Below are positions 28,527 through 37,320 of a DNA stretch of 64,000 nucleotides, piece after piece. Source of the stretch: an uncultured Nitrospiraceae bacterium. GTDB lineage: Bacteria > Nitrospirota > Nitrospiria > Nitrospirales > Nitrospiraceae. The translations under genes and the position numbers were made by a program. The stretch is taken from positions 224,001-288,000 of the forward strand of contig CAVSTP010000003.1 of assembly GCA_963730935.1 (NCBI GenBank), written 5' to 3'. The notes under the pieces are model-generated. The model saw only the letters and a list, made by a program, of their open reading frames with translations. It searched no databases and had not been told where the DNA came from. Position 1 is the first letter of the stretch. Every line of letters starts with the position of its first letter.

Positions 28527-28561
28527 CTCAAAATGATACCAAAAGCTGGGGCAATCGTCAA
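28511..28561 (-). promoter_or_regulatory. Sigma70 promoter with overlapping Fur-like box for the Fe(III) ABC operon
   Basis: TTGACG-17 nt-TATCAT (extended TG) on the minus strand; GAAATTGATAAGCCATCTC (13/19) at 28511-28529. Confidence 0.7.
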
Positions 28562-28995
28562 TGACGGCAGCGGGAGCAGAGTCCGTAGAGTTCAAGGCGG
28601 TGGGTCTGGATGGTAAAGCCGTTGCGGGCGGCGACCTCCTCCTGCAATTTTTCGATCTCGCAGTTTTCAAATTCGACGATTTTGCCGCAACCTGTGCAGA
28701 TGAGGTGATCGTGATGCCCCTTATGGGCGACGTTATCGTATTGCGTTTGTGAGCCGAAATGCCTGGCCTGCGCGATGCCGGCGTCGCAAAACAAATTCAG
28801 TGTCCGATAAATCGTCGCCAGTCCAAGATGAGGATCCGTCTTGGCGAGTTGATGGTACATGGCCTCGGCGGTGATGTGTTCCTGCCGTAGAAAGGCCGTC
28901 AGAATGAGTTCCCGCTGGCGGGTGAATTTCAGCTGGTGCTTGCCAAGGTGTTCCTTCAGCACGTTCATCTCTTTCGCGAATTTGCCTGCCGGCAT
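28558..28995 (-). CDS. fur: Ferric uptake regulator family protein
   Basis: TRQRELIL, H.TAE, LATIYRTL, HHDHLICTGCG, C-terminal CSRC; adjacent to iron uptake genes. Confidence 0.88.
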   Translation of the reverse strand: MPAGKFAKEMNVLKEHLGKHQLKFTRQRELILTAFLRQEHITAEAMYHQLAKTDPHLGLATIYRTLNLFCDAGIAQARHFGSQTQYDNVAHKGHHDHLICTGCGKIVEFENCEIEKLQEEVAARNGFTIQTHRLELYGLCSRCRH

Positions 28996-29128
28996 ATCAA
29001 CGTGTCTCCAGCCGGTGATCATTAGAAACAGAAACACGTGATGCGGTCAAGGGGGCGATTGACGGGTTTTCTGCGCTTGTCTATAGTGCAGCGCCCGTCC
29101 GGGCGTTGACGAGAAGGATTCCCAGCCG

Positions 29129-29692
29129 ATGCGCCAGCCTCATCAGATTGCCGTCGACCGCGCGCTCCTGCTCTATGCGCTCCATCTGGCTGAACCTCAC
29201 GGGCTGCTGAGCGACGTCAAACTTCAGCAGCTCTGTTTTCTCTGCGAGCTGCAGATGTTCGGAAAGGGCCTCAAAGGGTTTCATTTTGAGTTTTTCCGGT
29301 TCGCCTATGGCGCTTTCAGCAAGGATCTGGACAACGATCTCACGTCGCTCCGTCGGAAGGAGCGCGTGGAGAACTTTACGCTCTCCGATCAGGCGCAGGA
29401 GGCGGTCCTCCCTTTGATTGAACAAGGCGTCGCCGACATCGAAACCAATGAAAAGGTCATCGAGATTCTGAAAGCCGTCATGGCGACCTACGGGCCTCAA
29501 GACAGCGGTGCCATTACCTCATCCGTCGAAGCAGTCGAATTGAGTACGCCGCAGGATCCGGAATTCAAGATTCCTATCCGCGACATCGTGTTTCACACGA
29601 CGCTGCTTGTGCCTCATCGCATCGAGGTGCAAGCGGAGTTTGCGTTCGCGCCGGCACTCCTGGGGAAGCTGAACCAGGCAATGGGCTATTAA
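29129..29692 (+). CDS. Hypothetical protein resembling Panacea/SocA (DUF4065)-like antitoxin domains
   Basis: KLQQLCFL...F.F.RFAYGAFSKDL pattern. Confidence 0.5.
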   Translation: MRQPHQIAVDRALLLYALHLAEPHGLLSDVKLQQLCFLCELQMFGKGLKGFHFEFFRFAYGAFSKDLDNDLTSLRRKERVENFTLSDQAQEAVLPLIEQGVADIETNEKVIEILKAVMATYGPQDSGAITSSVEAVELSTPQDPEFKIPIRDIVFHTTLLVPHRIEVQAEFAFAPALLGKLNQAMGY

Positions 29693-29743
29693 AGGGAATC
29701 GCAGACAGCGAAGGGCGGTGATGCGATGGAAGGAATGAGACCG

Positions 29744-31285
29744 TCAGGCCTTGTCGAGCCGGTAGAGCTCTCCGTACTTCCGTTCGATATAGCGTAAAAA
29801 TGGTTCTGGGCTGAGACTCACGCCGGTCACTCGCTGGGCCAGGTGATCGGGGGTGAACATGCGACCCCAGCGATGAATCTTCTGGCCTAGCCAGCGGCGC
29901 AACACCATCAACTGTCCCGCGGCGATTTCATCTTCGAGGTGAGGGATCTCCTGTTTCGCCTGTTCGTAAAACTGAACAGCATAGAGATTGCCCAAGGTAT
30001 ATGTCGGGAAGTAGCCGAAGGCTCCCATCGACCAATGGACATCCTGTAACACGCCTTCTCCGTCTAGTGACGGAACGATCCCCAGATACTCCTTCATCTT
30101 GTGGTTCCAGATGCCGGGAAGCTCCTCCGGGTTCGTCGTGCCCTCGATCAGGTCCTGCTCGATCTCGAAGCGCAGCATGATGTGGAGGTTGTATGTGAGC
30201 TCGTCGGCCTCGACGCGAATCAACGAGGGTTTGACTCGATTGATCACAGCGTAAAACTGTTCCATCTCCACCCCGCGCAGTTGATGATGGAACGTGGCTT
30301 GGAGGATCGGATAAAAAAACCGCCAGAAGGCGCGTGAGCGGCCGACGCAGTTCTCCCACAATCTCGATTGACTCTCATGCATGCCGAGCGATACGGATTC
30401 GCCGAGCGGAGTTCCATAGTGCGTTGGGTCGAGCCCCTGATCATACAGGCCGTGGCCGCCCTCATGGATGCAGCTAAAAAGGCACGAGGGCAGGTCGTGT
30501 TCGTACACGCGAGTGGTGACGCGGACGTCCGTCGGATGGAACGACGTGGTGAAGGGATGGGCCGACAGATCCAGCCGGCCTTTTTCGAAGTCGTAGCCCA
30601 TCGCGATGAGCACCAGACGGCCGAACTCCAGCTGCCGGGCCTGGTCATAGGCATGGTACAAAAAGGTGTCGTCGATCTGGACGGAGCTCTGTTGAATGCG
30701 CCTTAGTAATGGGACGAGCCCGGTCTTCAGCTGTGCAAACAGCGGCCGCAACCCGGCGACTGTCGATCCCGGCTCATAGACATCGAGCAGCGCATTGTAG
30801 GGCGTGCTTTCAAATCCAAGATACTGGGCTTCTTCCCGCTTGAGCGACAACACCGTGCGCAGGTTGGGCAGAAACGATTTGAAAGTATTTTGGGTCTTCG
30901 CTTCTGCCCAGACTTGTTGCGCCAGGGAGCATTCCCTGCTCAACCGGATCACGAAATCTGACGGGAGTTTTCTTGCGCGACTGTAGTCACGCCACACTTC
31001 ACGCAGCAGGGCATTGGACGATTCATCCCAGAGTTCCCCGTCCTGTTCGAGCGCAAGACCCGTCTGGAGATTGAGCCATGTGCCAAGGAGCCGCTCGGTG
31101 TCGGACGACACCAGTTGCTGATGCGCGATTCCCTGAAGTGTGGCAATTTGCTCTGCGCGGGCCGTACCTCCGCCCGCCGGCATGTAGGTTTCTTGGTCCC
31201 ACGACAGGACAGAGGCCGCGCTGTTGATCCGCTGAATTTCCAGGAGCCGGTTCGAAAGCGGCTCCAGCGTTTTCAGGGTTTTCAT
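29744..31285 (-). CDS. Carboxypeptidase, family M32
   Basis: WDQETYMP, HPF, DVRVTTR, HEGGH, HESQ, IRVEADE, QDVHW, GYFPTY. Confidence 0.95.
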   Translation of the reverse strand: MKTLKTLEPLSNRLLEIQRINSAASVLSWDQETYMPAGGGTARAEQIATLQGIAHQQLVSSDTERLLGTWLNLQTGLALEQDGELWDESSNALLREVWRDYSRARKLPSDFVIRLSRECSLAQQVWAEAKTQNTFKSFLPNLRTVLSLKREEAQYLGFESTPYNALLDVYEPGSTVAGLRPLFAQLKTGLVPLLRRIQQSSVQIDDTFLYHAYDQARQLEFGRLVLIAMGYDFEKGRLDLSAHPFTTSFHPTDVRVTTRVYEHDLPSCLFSCIHEGGHGLYDQGLDPTHYGTPLGESVSLGMHESQSRLWENCVGRSRAFWRFFYPILQATFHHQLRGVEMEQFYAVINRVKPSLIRVEADELTYNLHIMLRFEIEQDLIEGTTNPEELPGIWNHKMKEYLGIVPSLDGEGVLQDVHWSMGAFGYFPTYTLGNLYAVQFYEQAKQEIPHLEDEIAAGQLMVLRRWLGQKIHRWGRMFTPDHLAQRVTGVSLSPEPFLRYIERKYGELYRLDKA

Positions 31286-31387
31286 ACTGCCACTTCCTCC
31301 GTCACAGCATGCTATCATCGTGTCGCTGATCAGATTCATGCAGTCTCGCACGCAGCAGGCCATTTTTCAAACGGGGAGAATGCGCAC

Positions 31388-32032
31388 ATGAAGGCATTAG
31401 TTTCCGCTGAAATCGAAGCCTATGCGACGGCACATTCCATGGGCGAGTCCGAGATCTGCCGTGCCCTGCGTGCGGAAACGCACCGGCAAATGGACTGTCC
31501 TCAGATGCTTGTCGGACCCCTGGAAGGTGCCTTTTTGAAACTGTTGACCCAAATCGTGCGGGCCGCCCATGTCCTGGAAATCGGCATGTTTACCGGCTAC
31601 AGCGCCCTCTGCTTCGCCGAAGCCCTCCCCAAAGAGGGTGTCGTAACGACCTGTGAAATTGACGAAACATCGGCAGCGGTGGCCCGCCGTTATTTCGCGA
31701 TGTCACCGCACGGTCAAAAAATCACCGTTCGTATGGGACCTGCCCTTGAGACCATGCGCGTACTGAAGAGCCGCTATGACCTCATCTTTATCGATGCCGA
31801 CAAGCAAAATTACCTGAACTACTATCGGCGCGCGAAAGAGCTGCTCTCGCCCAACGGCGTCATCGTCATCGACAATGTGTTGTGGGATGGGGACGTGTTG
31901 TTGGAACCGCCTCCCGATGAACGAACGGCAGCCATTCAGGAACTGAATCGGGCGGTCGCCTCGGACCCCGACGTGTCAGCCACGCTTCTCACGATCAGGG
32001 ATGGCGTACTTCTGATACGCAGAAAGGTGTGA
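31388..32032 (+). CDS. O-methyltransferase (caffeoyl-CoA/COMT family)
   Basis: LEIGMFTGYSAL, FIDADK, DNVLWDG. Confidence 0.9.
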   Translation: MKALVSAEIEAYATAHSMGESEICRALRAETHRQMDCPQMLVGPLEGAFLKLLTQIVRAAHVLEIGMFTGYSALCFAEALPKEGVVTTCEIDETSAAVARRYFAMSPHGQKITVRMGPALETMRVLKSRYDLIFIDADKQNYLNYYRRAKELLSPNGVIVIDNVLWDGDVLLEPPPDERTAAIQELNRAVASDPDVSATLLTIRDGVLLIRRKV

Positions 32033-32048
32033 CTGCGCCTCTATGTAG

Positions 32049-34448
32049 TCAGCCGTTGTGTGTCAGGTCTATGTTGTGTCTACGATTCGGGCGCTCGGCA
32101 AAGGGTTCCTCAGGTGATAGCTTGACCTCTTCCTCCTCATGACGGATCGTGAGTCCGCCTCCGGTCTTGAGCCGATATCTCGTCGTGTCCTGCCCGACAT
32201 CGACTTCGAGCGTCCGGCCTTGAAACATGAGATTGAATCGGATGCAATGGAACACGTCAGGGAGAGCCGGCCAGAAGCAGAGCTCTCCGCCGTAATCGCG
32301 TAATCCGGCAAATCCGTAGACGAAAATCATCCAGACGCCCCCCATTGCGGCGATGTGACATCCGTCTTTGACGTTCCCCGCGACATCGCCCAGGTCCATG
32401 AGCGTCGCCACGCGTGCGTACTCCAGGGCTTTGCCCATCTCGCCGACTTCAGCCGCCATGATGCTTTGGATGCAGGCTGAAAGCGATGAATCGCCCGTCG
32501 TAATCGGGTCGTAGAACTCGAAGTTCCGCCGTTTCAGATCGGGAGCGAACTCGTGACCGAGCAGAAACATGGCCAGGACGAGGTCGGCCTGCTTGATGAC
32601 CTGGTAGCGATAGATGGTCAGGGGATGGAAATACAGAAGCAGCGGATACCTGTCGGTCGGTGTCCGGTCGAAATCCCATGGCTCTTGTTCCAGGAACTGT
32701 TCGTCCTGGGGCGTGATCTGGAGTCGCTGATCATAGGGGACGTACATGCGATCCGCGGCCTGCTTCCATTCCGCCACTTCGGAGAGGTCGAGCCGTGTCT
32801 TATGCACTAACGCAGTAAAGAGATCGGGACGCCGGTCACGCACGCGCTCCACCGTCTCTGCTGCGAAGCGGAGGTTCTCCTTCGCCATGAGGTTCGTATA
32901 GACGTTGTTGTCGACCACCGTGTTGTATTCGTCGGGACCGGTCACACAGAGGATGCAAAACTGGCCGTCCTTTCTGGGTGAATAAAACCCGAGTGACCGC
33001 CAGAGCCGCGCCGTCTCCACCAGCATCTCGACGCCTTCGTCGAAGAGGAATTCGTCCTCCTCCGTCGCCTGGATATACTTCTTCAACGCGTACATGATGT
33101 CTGCGTTGATGTGATACTGCGCGGTGCCCGCCGCATAATATGCCGACGCCTCTTCGCCGTTGATCGTCCTCCAGGGATACATGGCCCCTCGCTGATTGAG
33201 CTGGCGCGCCCGTTCGCGGGCCTTGTCCAACATCCCGTGCCGGAACCTCAACAGATTCTTGGCGATGCGCGGCGCGGTGTAGGTCAAGAACGGCAACACA
33301 TAAATTTCCGTGTCCCAGAAGTAATGGCCTTCGTAGGCGGCTCCGGTCAGTCCCTTCGCGGGCACGCCGCTGTTTTCCGCCCGTGCGCTGGCTTGGAGCA
33401 CATGAAAAAGGTTGAATCGCAGGGCCTGCTGGACGGCCGTCGTCGAGGCTTTCGCCCGATCGGGATTGGTCATGATCTTGACGTCGCTCCGCTCCCAGAA
33501 ATCCTCCATGAACCGTTCCTGGCCGGCCAATAATGCGCTAAATCCTATCGCCACCGCGCGGTCGAGTGTGCGTTCCGCACGCGCACAGACCTCTTCAGGG
33601 GGCGCCGTGTGGCTCGTATGGTACACGATGTACTTCATGAGCGTGATCGATTGCCCGGCTTCCGCATCGATGCTGGCGACCACTTGGCCGGCGTCGGGGG
33701 TGTAGTTGGTTTTCCACGTCACGCGCAGCGAGGTGTCCAGCACATGGTCGGTCGCACAGGCGAGAACGATCCCACTCTTGTTCGTAGCGTGGCACAGCAC
33801 GATCCGCTGGCCCTTTGCATAACTGAGCCGGTGGTTCAGTACTTTCTCGTTGAACACCTTCGCTTGTCTCGGATCGTAATTGGCCCGCCGGGGGGCGGGC
33901 TCGTTGGCGATCATTTCCGAAGAGAGCACGACCGGTGCCGCGGCATTCAAGAGCGTGATTTGATAAAAGATGGCGGCCACATGACGGTGCTCAAAAGACA
34001 CGAGCCGGCGTGACTTGACCGAGACCCGTTTCCCGGCAGGCGTCTCATAGACGATCTCGCGATCGAGCGTCCCGGACTTCATGTTGAGGCGCCGGTCGAA
34101 GCTCCGCACGTTGGCGTTTGGAAGCCAGAAGGGCTCGTCATCGACATAGAGCTTGATGATCTTGCTGTCCGTGACATTAACGATCGTTTGACCGGTCGTC
34201 GCAAGCCCGTAGGCTTCCTCGGGATAGATGATCGACCAAGTTTCATAGAAGCCATTAATGAACGTGCCGTTCTGTCCGATGGGTCCACCTTCCTCGAAGC
34301 ATCCCCGCATGCCCAGATATCCGTTTCCGAGCGCGAACATGGTCTCGCCCTGCTCAAGCAAGTCGGGCATGAAGCGTTTCTCGGTCAGGTTCCATTCGTC
34401 GGGCGGATAGATGTGCGGAGGCGGATGGAACCGAGGACGATGGATCAT
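32049..34448 (-). CDS. Glycoside hydrolase family 65 phosphorylase (trehalose/maltose/kojibiose-type)
   Basis: LGNGYLGMRG, KGLTG..YEGHYFWDTE, GPDEY, IKQAD, DSSLS. Confidence 0.93.
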   Translation of the reverse strand: MIHRPRFHPPPHIYPPDEWNLTEKRFMPDLLEQGETMFALGNGYLGMRGCFEEGGPIGQNGTFINGFYETWSIIYPEEAYGLATTGQTIVNVTDSKIIKLYVDDEPFWLPNANVRSFDRRLNMKSGTLDREIVYETPAGKRVSVKSRRLVSFEHRHVAAIFYQITLLNAAAPVVLSSEMIANEPAPRRANYDPRQAKVFNEKVLNHRLSYAKGQRIVLCHATNKSGIVLACATDHVLDTSLRVTWKTNYTPDAGQVVASIDAEAGQSITLMKYIVYHTSHTAPPEEVCARAERTLDRAVAIGFSALLAGQERFMEDFWERSDVKIMTNPDRAKASTTAVQQALRFNLFHVLQASARAENSGVPAKGLTGAAYEGHYFWDTEIYVLPFLTYTAPRIAKNLLRFRHGMLDKARERARQLNQRGAMYPWRTINGEEASAYYAAGTAQYHINADIMYALKKYIQATEEDEFLFDEGVEMLVETARLWRSLGFYSPRKDGQFCILCVTGPDEYNTVVDNNVYTNLMAKENLRFAAETVERVRDRRPDLFTALVHKTRLDLSEVAEWKQAADRMYVPYDQRLQITPQDEQFLEQEPWDFDRTPTDRYPLLLYFHPLTIYRYQVIKQADLVLAMFLLGHEFAPDLKRRNFEFYDPITTGDSSLSACIQSIMAAEVGEMGKALEYARVATLMDLGDVAGNVKDGCHIAAMGGVWMIFVYGFAGLRDYGGELCFWPALPDVFHCIRFNLMFQGRTLEVDVGQDTTRYRLKTGGGLTIRHEEEEVKLSPEEPFAERPNRRHNIDLTHNG

Positions 34449-34475
34449 CTAGCGCACCTCACCATGAACGGTTCA

Positions 34476-35399
34476 CTACGGCGGAGAAGAAGATTCAAGT
34501 TTGCCCGGCAAGAGCTCGCTGAGATCCTCCACGACGACATGTGCGCCCTGCTCGCGAAGAGCATCGGCCTGGCTCCTCCGGTCCACGCCAATCACGAGCC
34601 CGAACCCGCCCGCATGCCCGGCCCGCACACCTGCCAGTGCATCCTCGATAACGATGGCGTGATGTGGTTCGACGGCCAGACGCCTCGCGGCTTCCCAGAA
34701 CGCATTCGGGGCCGGCTTTCCGGGAAGACGAAGCCGATCAATTTCATGGCCGTCGATGCGGACGTCAAACAGAGGCGTCAAGCCGACGGCTTCCAGGACT
34801 TCGGTGCAATGATGGCTGGAGGACACGACGGCCAGTTTTAATCCCGCACGTTTGGCCAGATGCAGGAACTCCACCGTTCCGGGATAGACGTCCACACCGG
34901 TCTCACGCATGGCCGCCTCGAAATAGGTGTCTTTCTGATTGCCCATTCCATAGAGGGTCTCGCGGTTGGCGCGGTCGCTGGGATCACCGAGGGGAAGGCT
35001 CAACCCCCTCGACTTCAAGAAATCGCGCACGCCGTCGTGGCGTGGTTTCCCATCCAGGTGCAATCGATAATCCTCTTCAAGGTCGAACGACGTGTAAGTC
35101 GTTCCCGTTTGAGCGGCGACGTGTGCGAGGTAGGCGTCAAAGAGCCGCTTCCACGCTGCGGCATGCAAGCGAGCCGTTTTGGTGATGACGCCATCCAAGT
35201 CGCTTAAGACGGCTTCATACTCTGCAAGGTTCAGGGGGCCGATGGCTTTCGTAGCGACCGATCCCGGACGCGATGGCGGACTGTTCATGCTTCCATCAAA
35301 CGGAATTGAACCCTCAAAAACACCTAGCAAAGTCCCGAGCGATAGCGGCCAAGCTGATTCCGCGTCGCCTGCGGCGACCAGAGTCGTGTTCTCAGCCAT
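34476..35399 (-). CDS. Beta-phosphoglucomutase-family HAD hydrolase (start uncertain)
   Basis: DLDGVIT.TA..HAAAWK, VSSS, GKPAP, IEDALAGV; upstream of GH65. Confidence 0.85.
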   Translation of the reverse strand: MAENTTLVAAGDAESAWPLSLGTLLGVFEGSIPFDGSMNSPPSRPGSVATKAIGPLNLAEYEAVLSDLDGVITKTARLHAAAWKRLFDAYLAHVAAQTGTTYTSFDLEEDYRLHLDGKPRHDGVRDFLKSRGLSLPLGDPSDRANRETLYGMGNQKDTYFEAAMRETGVDVYPGTVEFLHLAKRAGLKLAVVSSSHHCTEVLEAVGLTPLFDVRIDGHEIDRLRLPGKPAPNAFWEAARRLAVEPHHAIVIEDALAGVRAGHAGGFGLVIGVDRRSQADALREQGAHVVVEDLSELLPGKLESSSPP

Positions 35400-35483
35400 G
35401 ACATTGTGGATCAGCGTTTTCGAACCACCATGGTCGAGCAGAATATGCTTGACCCTTACGGTGAAGGACTGTATGCCCTGGTC

Positions 35484-36389
35484 ATGACTAAAGGATCTCT
35501 AGCCATCGGATATGGAGCGATCGTCACTGCTGCCGTGTTGTGGGGCGGGTCGATCGTCGCGCAGAAACTGGCGTTGAGTGGCTTTTCCGCCGTCGAGGCC
35601 TCGGTGCTGCGGGATTTGGGCGGACTCGTGCTCCTGATCATTACCTGGTGGTGGCAGGGCGCCTCGCTGGCTCCCCTGACGCCGCGGGATTATCGAACGC
35701 TCGCACTCTTAGGCCTGGGAGTGCTCGGGAATCATCTGTTGATTCTCATCGGTCTCAAGTACGTGAGCGGCGCTGTGGCGGGTGTCATCATCGGCTCTCT
35801 GCCGGTCGTCACCGCCTTGTTGACGGCGCTCTTCATCCGGGACGTACCGCTTCGAGCCGTGTGGGCGGGAAGCCTGCTGTCGTTCTTCGGAGTGGGATTG
35901 GTGTCCTCGGCTGGTTTCAGCGCCGCAGGGGAACAGCCTCTGCTCGGCGGGACGCTCGTGTTTCTCGGCGTCGCGAGCTGGGCAGTGTATACGATTGGCA
36001 GCAGGGCGATCATGGACCGCGTCCCGGCTTTGACTGTGAACTGGACGACACTCCTGGCCGCGACGCTGCTACAGATCCCACTCCTCTGGACGGACCAAAA
36101 GATGCTACGCACCGGGTTTGCCTCAGTTGCGCTGACTGATTGGCTGGCCCTGGCCTATCTTGTCGTGTTTGCCACGGCCATCGCTCAACAGGCCTGGCTG
36201 TTCGGGGTCAAAGGCATCGGTCCGTCGCGCGCGTCGGTGTTCGGCAATCTCACGCCGGTCGCGGCGGTCGCGCTCTCCGCTCTCATCCTGAGTGAAGCCG
36301 TCGGCCTAGTCGAGGTCATCGGTATTGTCTTCATTCTCTGCGGTGTGTGGGTCGTGCATCTCCAGACGTCCAGACTCGCTGTCTCCTAG
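35484..36389 (+). CDS. DMT/EamA family transporter
   Basis: About 10 TM segments in two repeats; LWG, GPSRASVF.NLTPV. Confidence 0.88.
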   Translation: MTKGSLAIGYGAIVTAAVLWGGSIVAQKLALSGFSAVEASVLRDLGGLVLLIITWWWQGASLAPLTPRDYRTLALLGLGVLGNHLLILIGLKYVSGAVAGVIIGSLPVVTALLTALFIRDVPLRAVWAGSLLSFFGVGLVSSAGFSAAGEQPLLGGTLVFLGVASWAVYTIGSRAIMDRVPALTVNWTTLLAATLLQIPLLWTDQKMLRTGFASVALTDWLALAYLVVFATAIAQQAWLFGVKGIGPSRASVFGNLTPVAAVALSALILSEAVGLVEVIGIVFILCGVWVVHLQTSRLAVS

Positions 36390-36466
36390 CCCGCCCACTC
36401 TTCTCTCGCTCTCCAGCCGTTGATTCCAGTATGATATCGCGCTTGATCGGGGCGGGTTCTCCGAAA

Positions 36467-36889
36467 ATGAAGCCGAATGAGCCAGAAAGGATCGGCGTGC
36501 TCGAACGACGGATTCAAGAAGTGACGCAAGCCAACCGGAGGTTCTATGACGCGTTTGAAAGTCTCGACATTGCAAAGATGGACAAGGTCTGGGCGCATCT
36601 CGAGTATGTCACGTGTGTGCATCCGGGCTGGACGCTCCGCTCAGACTGGCCAGCCGTGCGGGACTCTTGGGTTTTGATCTTTAACAACACGTTTTCAATG
36701 AAGTTTGAGCTGACAGAGTCCATCGTTCAGGTTGCGGGCGACATGGCCTGGGTGATCTGTGTGGAAAACATTACCAGCCAGCAAGCCGATGAGCCGCAGC
36801 AGGCTCGCGTGCTTGCCACCAATCTCTTCGAGCGCATTGGCGACGAGTGGTTGATGATTCACCACCACGGCAGCCCGGTGATGGGGTGA
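36467..36889 (+). CDS. SnoaL/NTF2-like domain protein
   Basis: ANRRFYDAFE, CVHPGW, ATNLFE, W.MIHHHGSP. Confidence 0.85.
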   Translation: MKPNEPERIGVLERRIQEVTQANRRFYDAFESLDIAKMDKVWAHLEYVTCVHPGWTLRSDWPAVRDSWVLIFNNTFSMKFELTESIVQVAGDMAWVICVENITSQQADEPQQARVLATNLFERIGDEWLMIHHHGSPVMG

Positions 36890-36986
36890 CGAGGGGGAAA
36901 ATACGGGCCTCACGTGTGTTTACGCCGCTGAGAATGTGAATCGGCACGGCAAACGCTAATCAGAGAGACAGGTGCGAAAACCGGGC

Positions 36987-37226
36987 CTACGACTTTGGTG
37001 CTGGCCCGGTAGGTGCCTCGATGATGGACACGGTTTTGGACCATTCGGCGGCGATGGGGTCCCGATGCTCCATGGTGAGGCCAGCATAGTGGATGAACAT
37101 CTGCTGGCCTTTGCGGCGGCGCCAGGTGAGGAAGCTCAGGAAATGCTCTTTGCAGACGTGCTGGGTGCCGGCGGGGGAATACACCCTCGCTTGGCAGCCT
37201 TCGATCATACAAGCTAGATCGTTCAC
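36987..37226 (-). CDS. Small hypothetical protein with a CX4C...CXXH putative zinc finger
   Basis: AGGAG RBS before the GTG at 37226; CMIEGC...VCKEH. Confidence 0.6.
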   Translation of the reverse strand: MNDLACMIEGCQARVYSPAGTQHVCKEHFLSFLTWRRRKGQQMFIHYAGLTMEHRDPIAAEWSKTVSIIEAPTGPAPKS

Positions 37227-37320
37227 AATGGCGACTCCTAATAGAAGCCAGTATGCAGGACACACCGTCCGATTTTCAACCTTGACAGGGGCATGGTACC
37301 TCTCCGATGCTGTTGCCGCG

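Noticed and set aside
28527..28670. Long N-terminal extension of the Fe-binding protein overlapping fur
   Set aside because: A promoter and a signal-peptide-bearing ATG at 28526 explain the gene; the extension is an ORF-caller artefact. The same applies to the extensions of uppP, lspA, PhoD and the O-methyltransferase.
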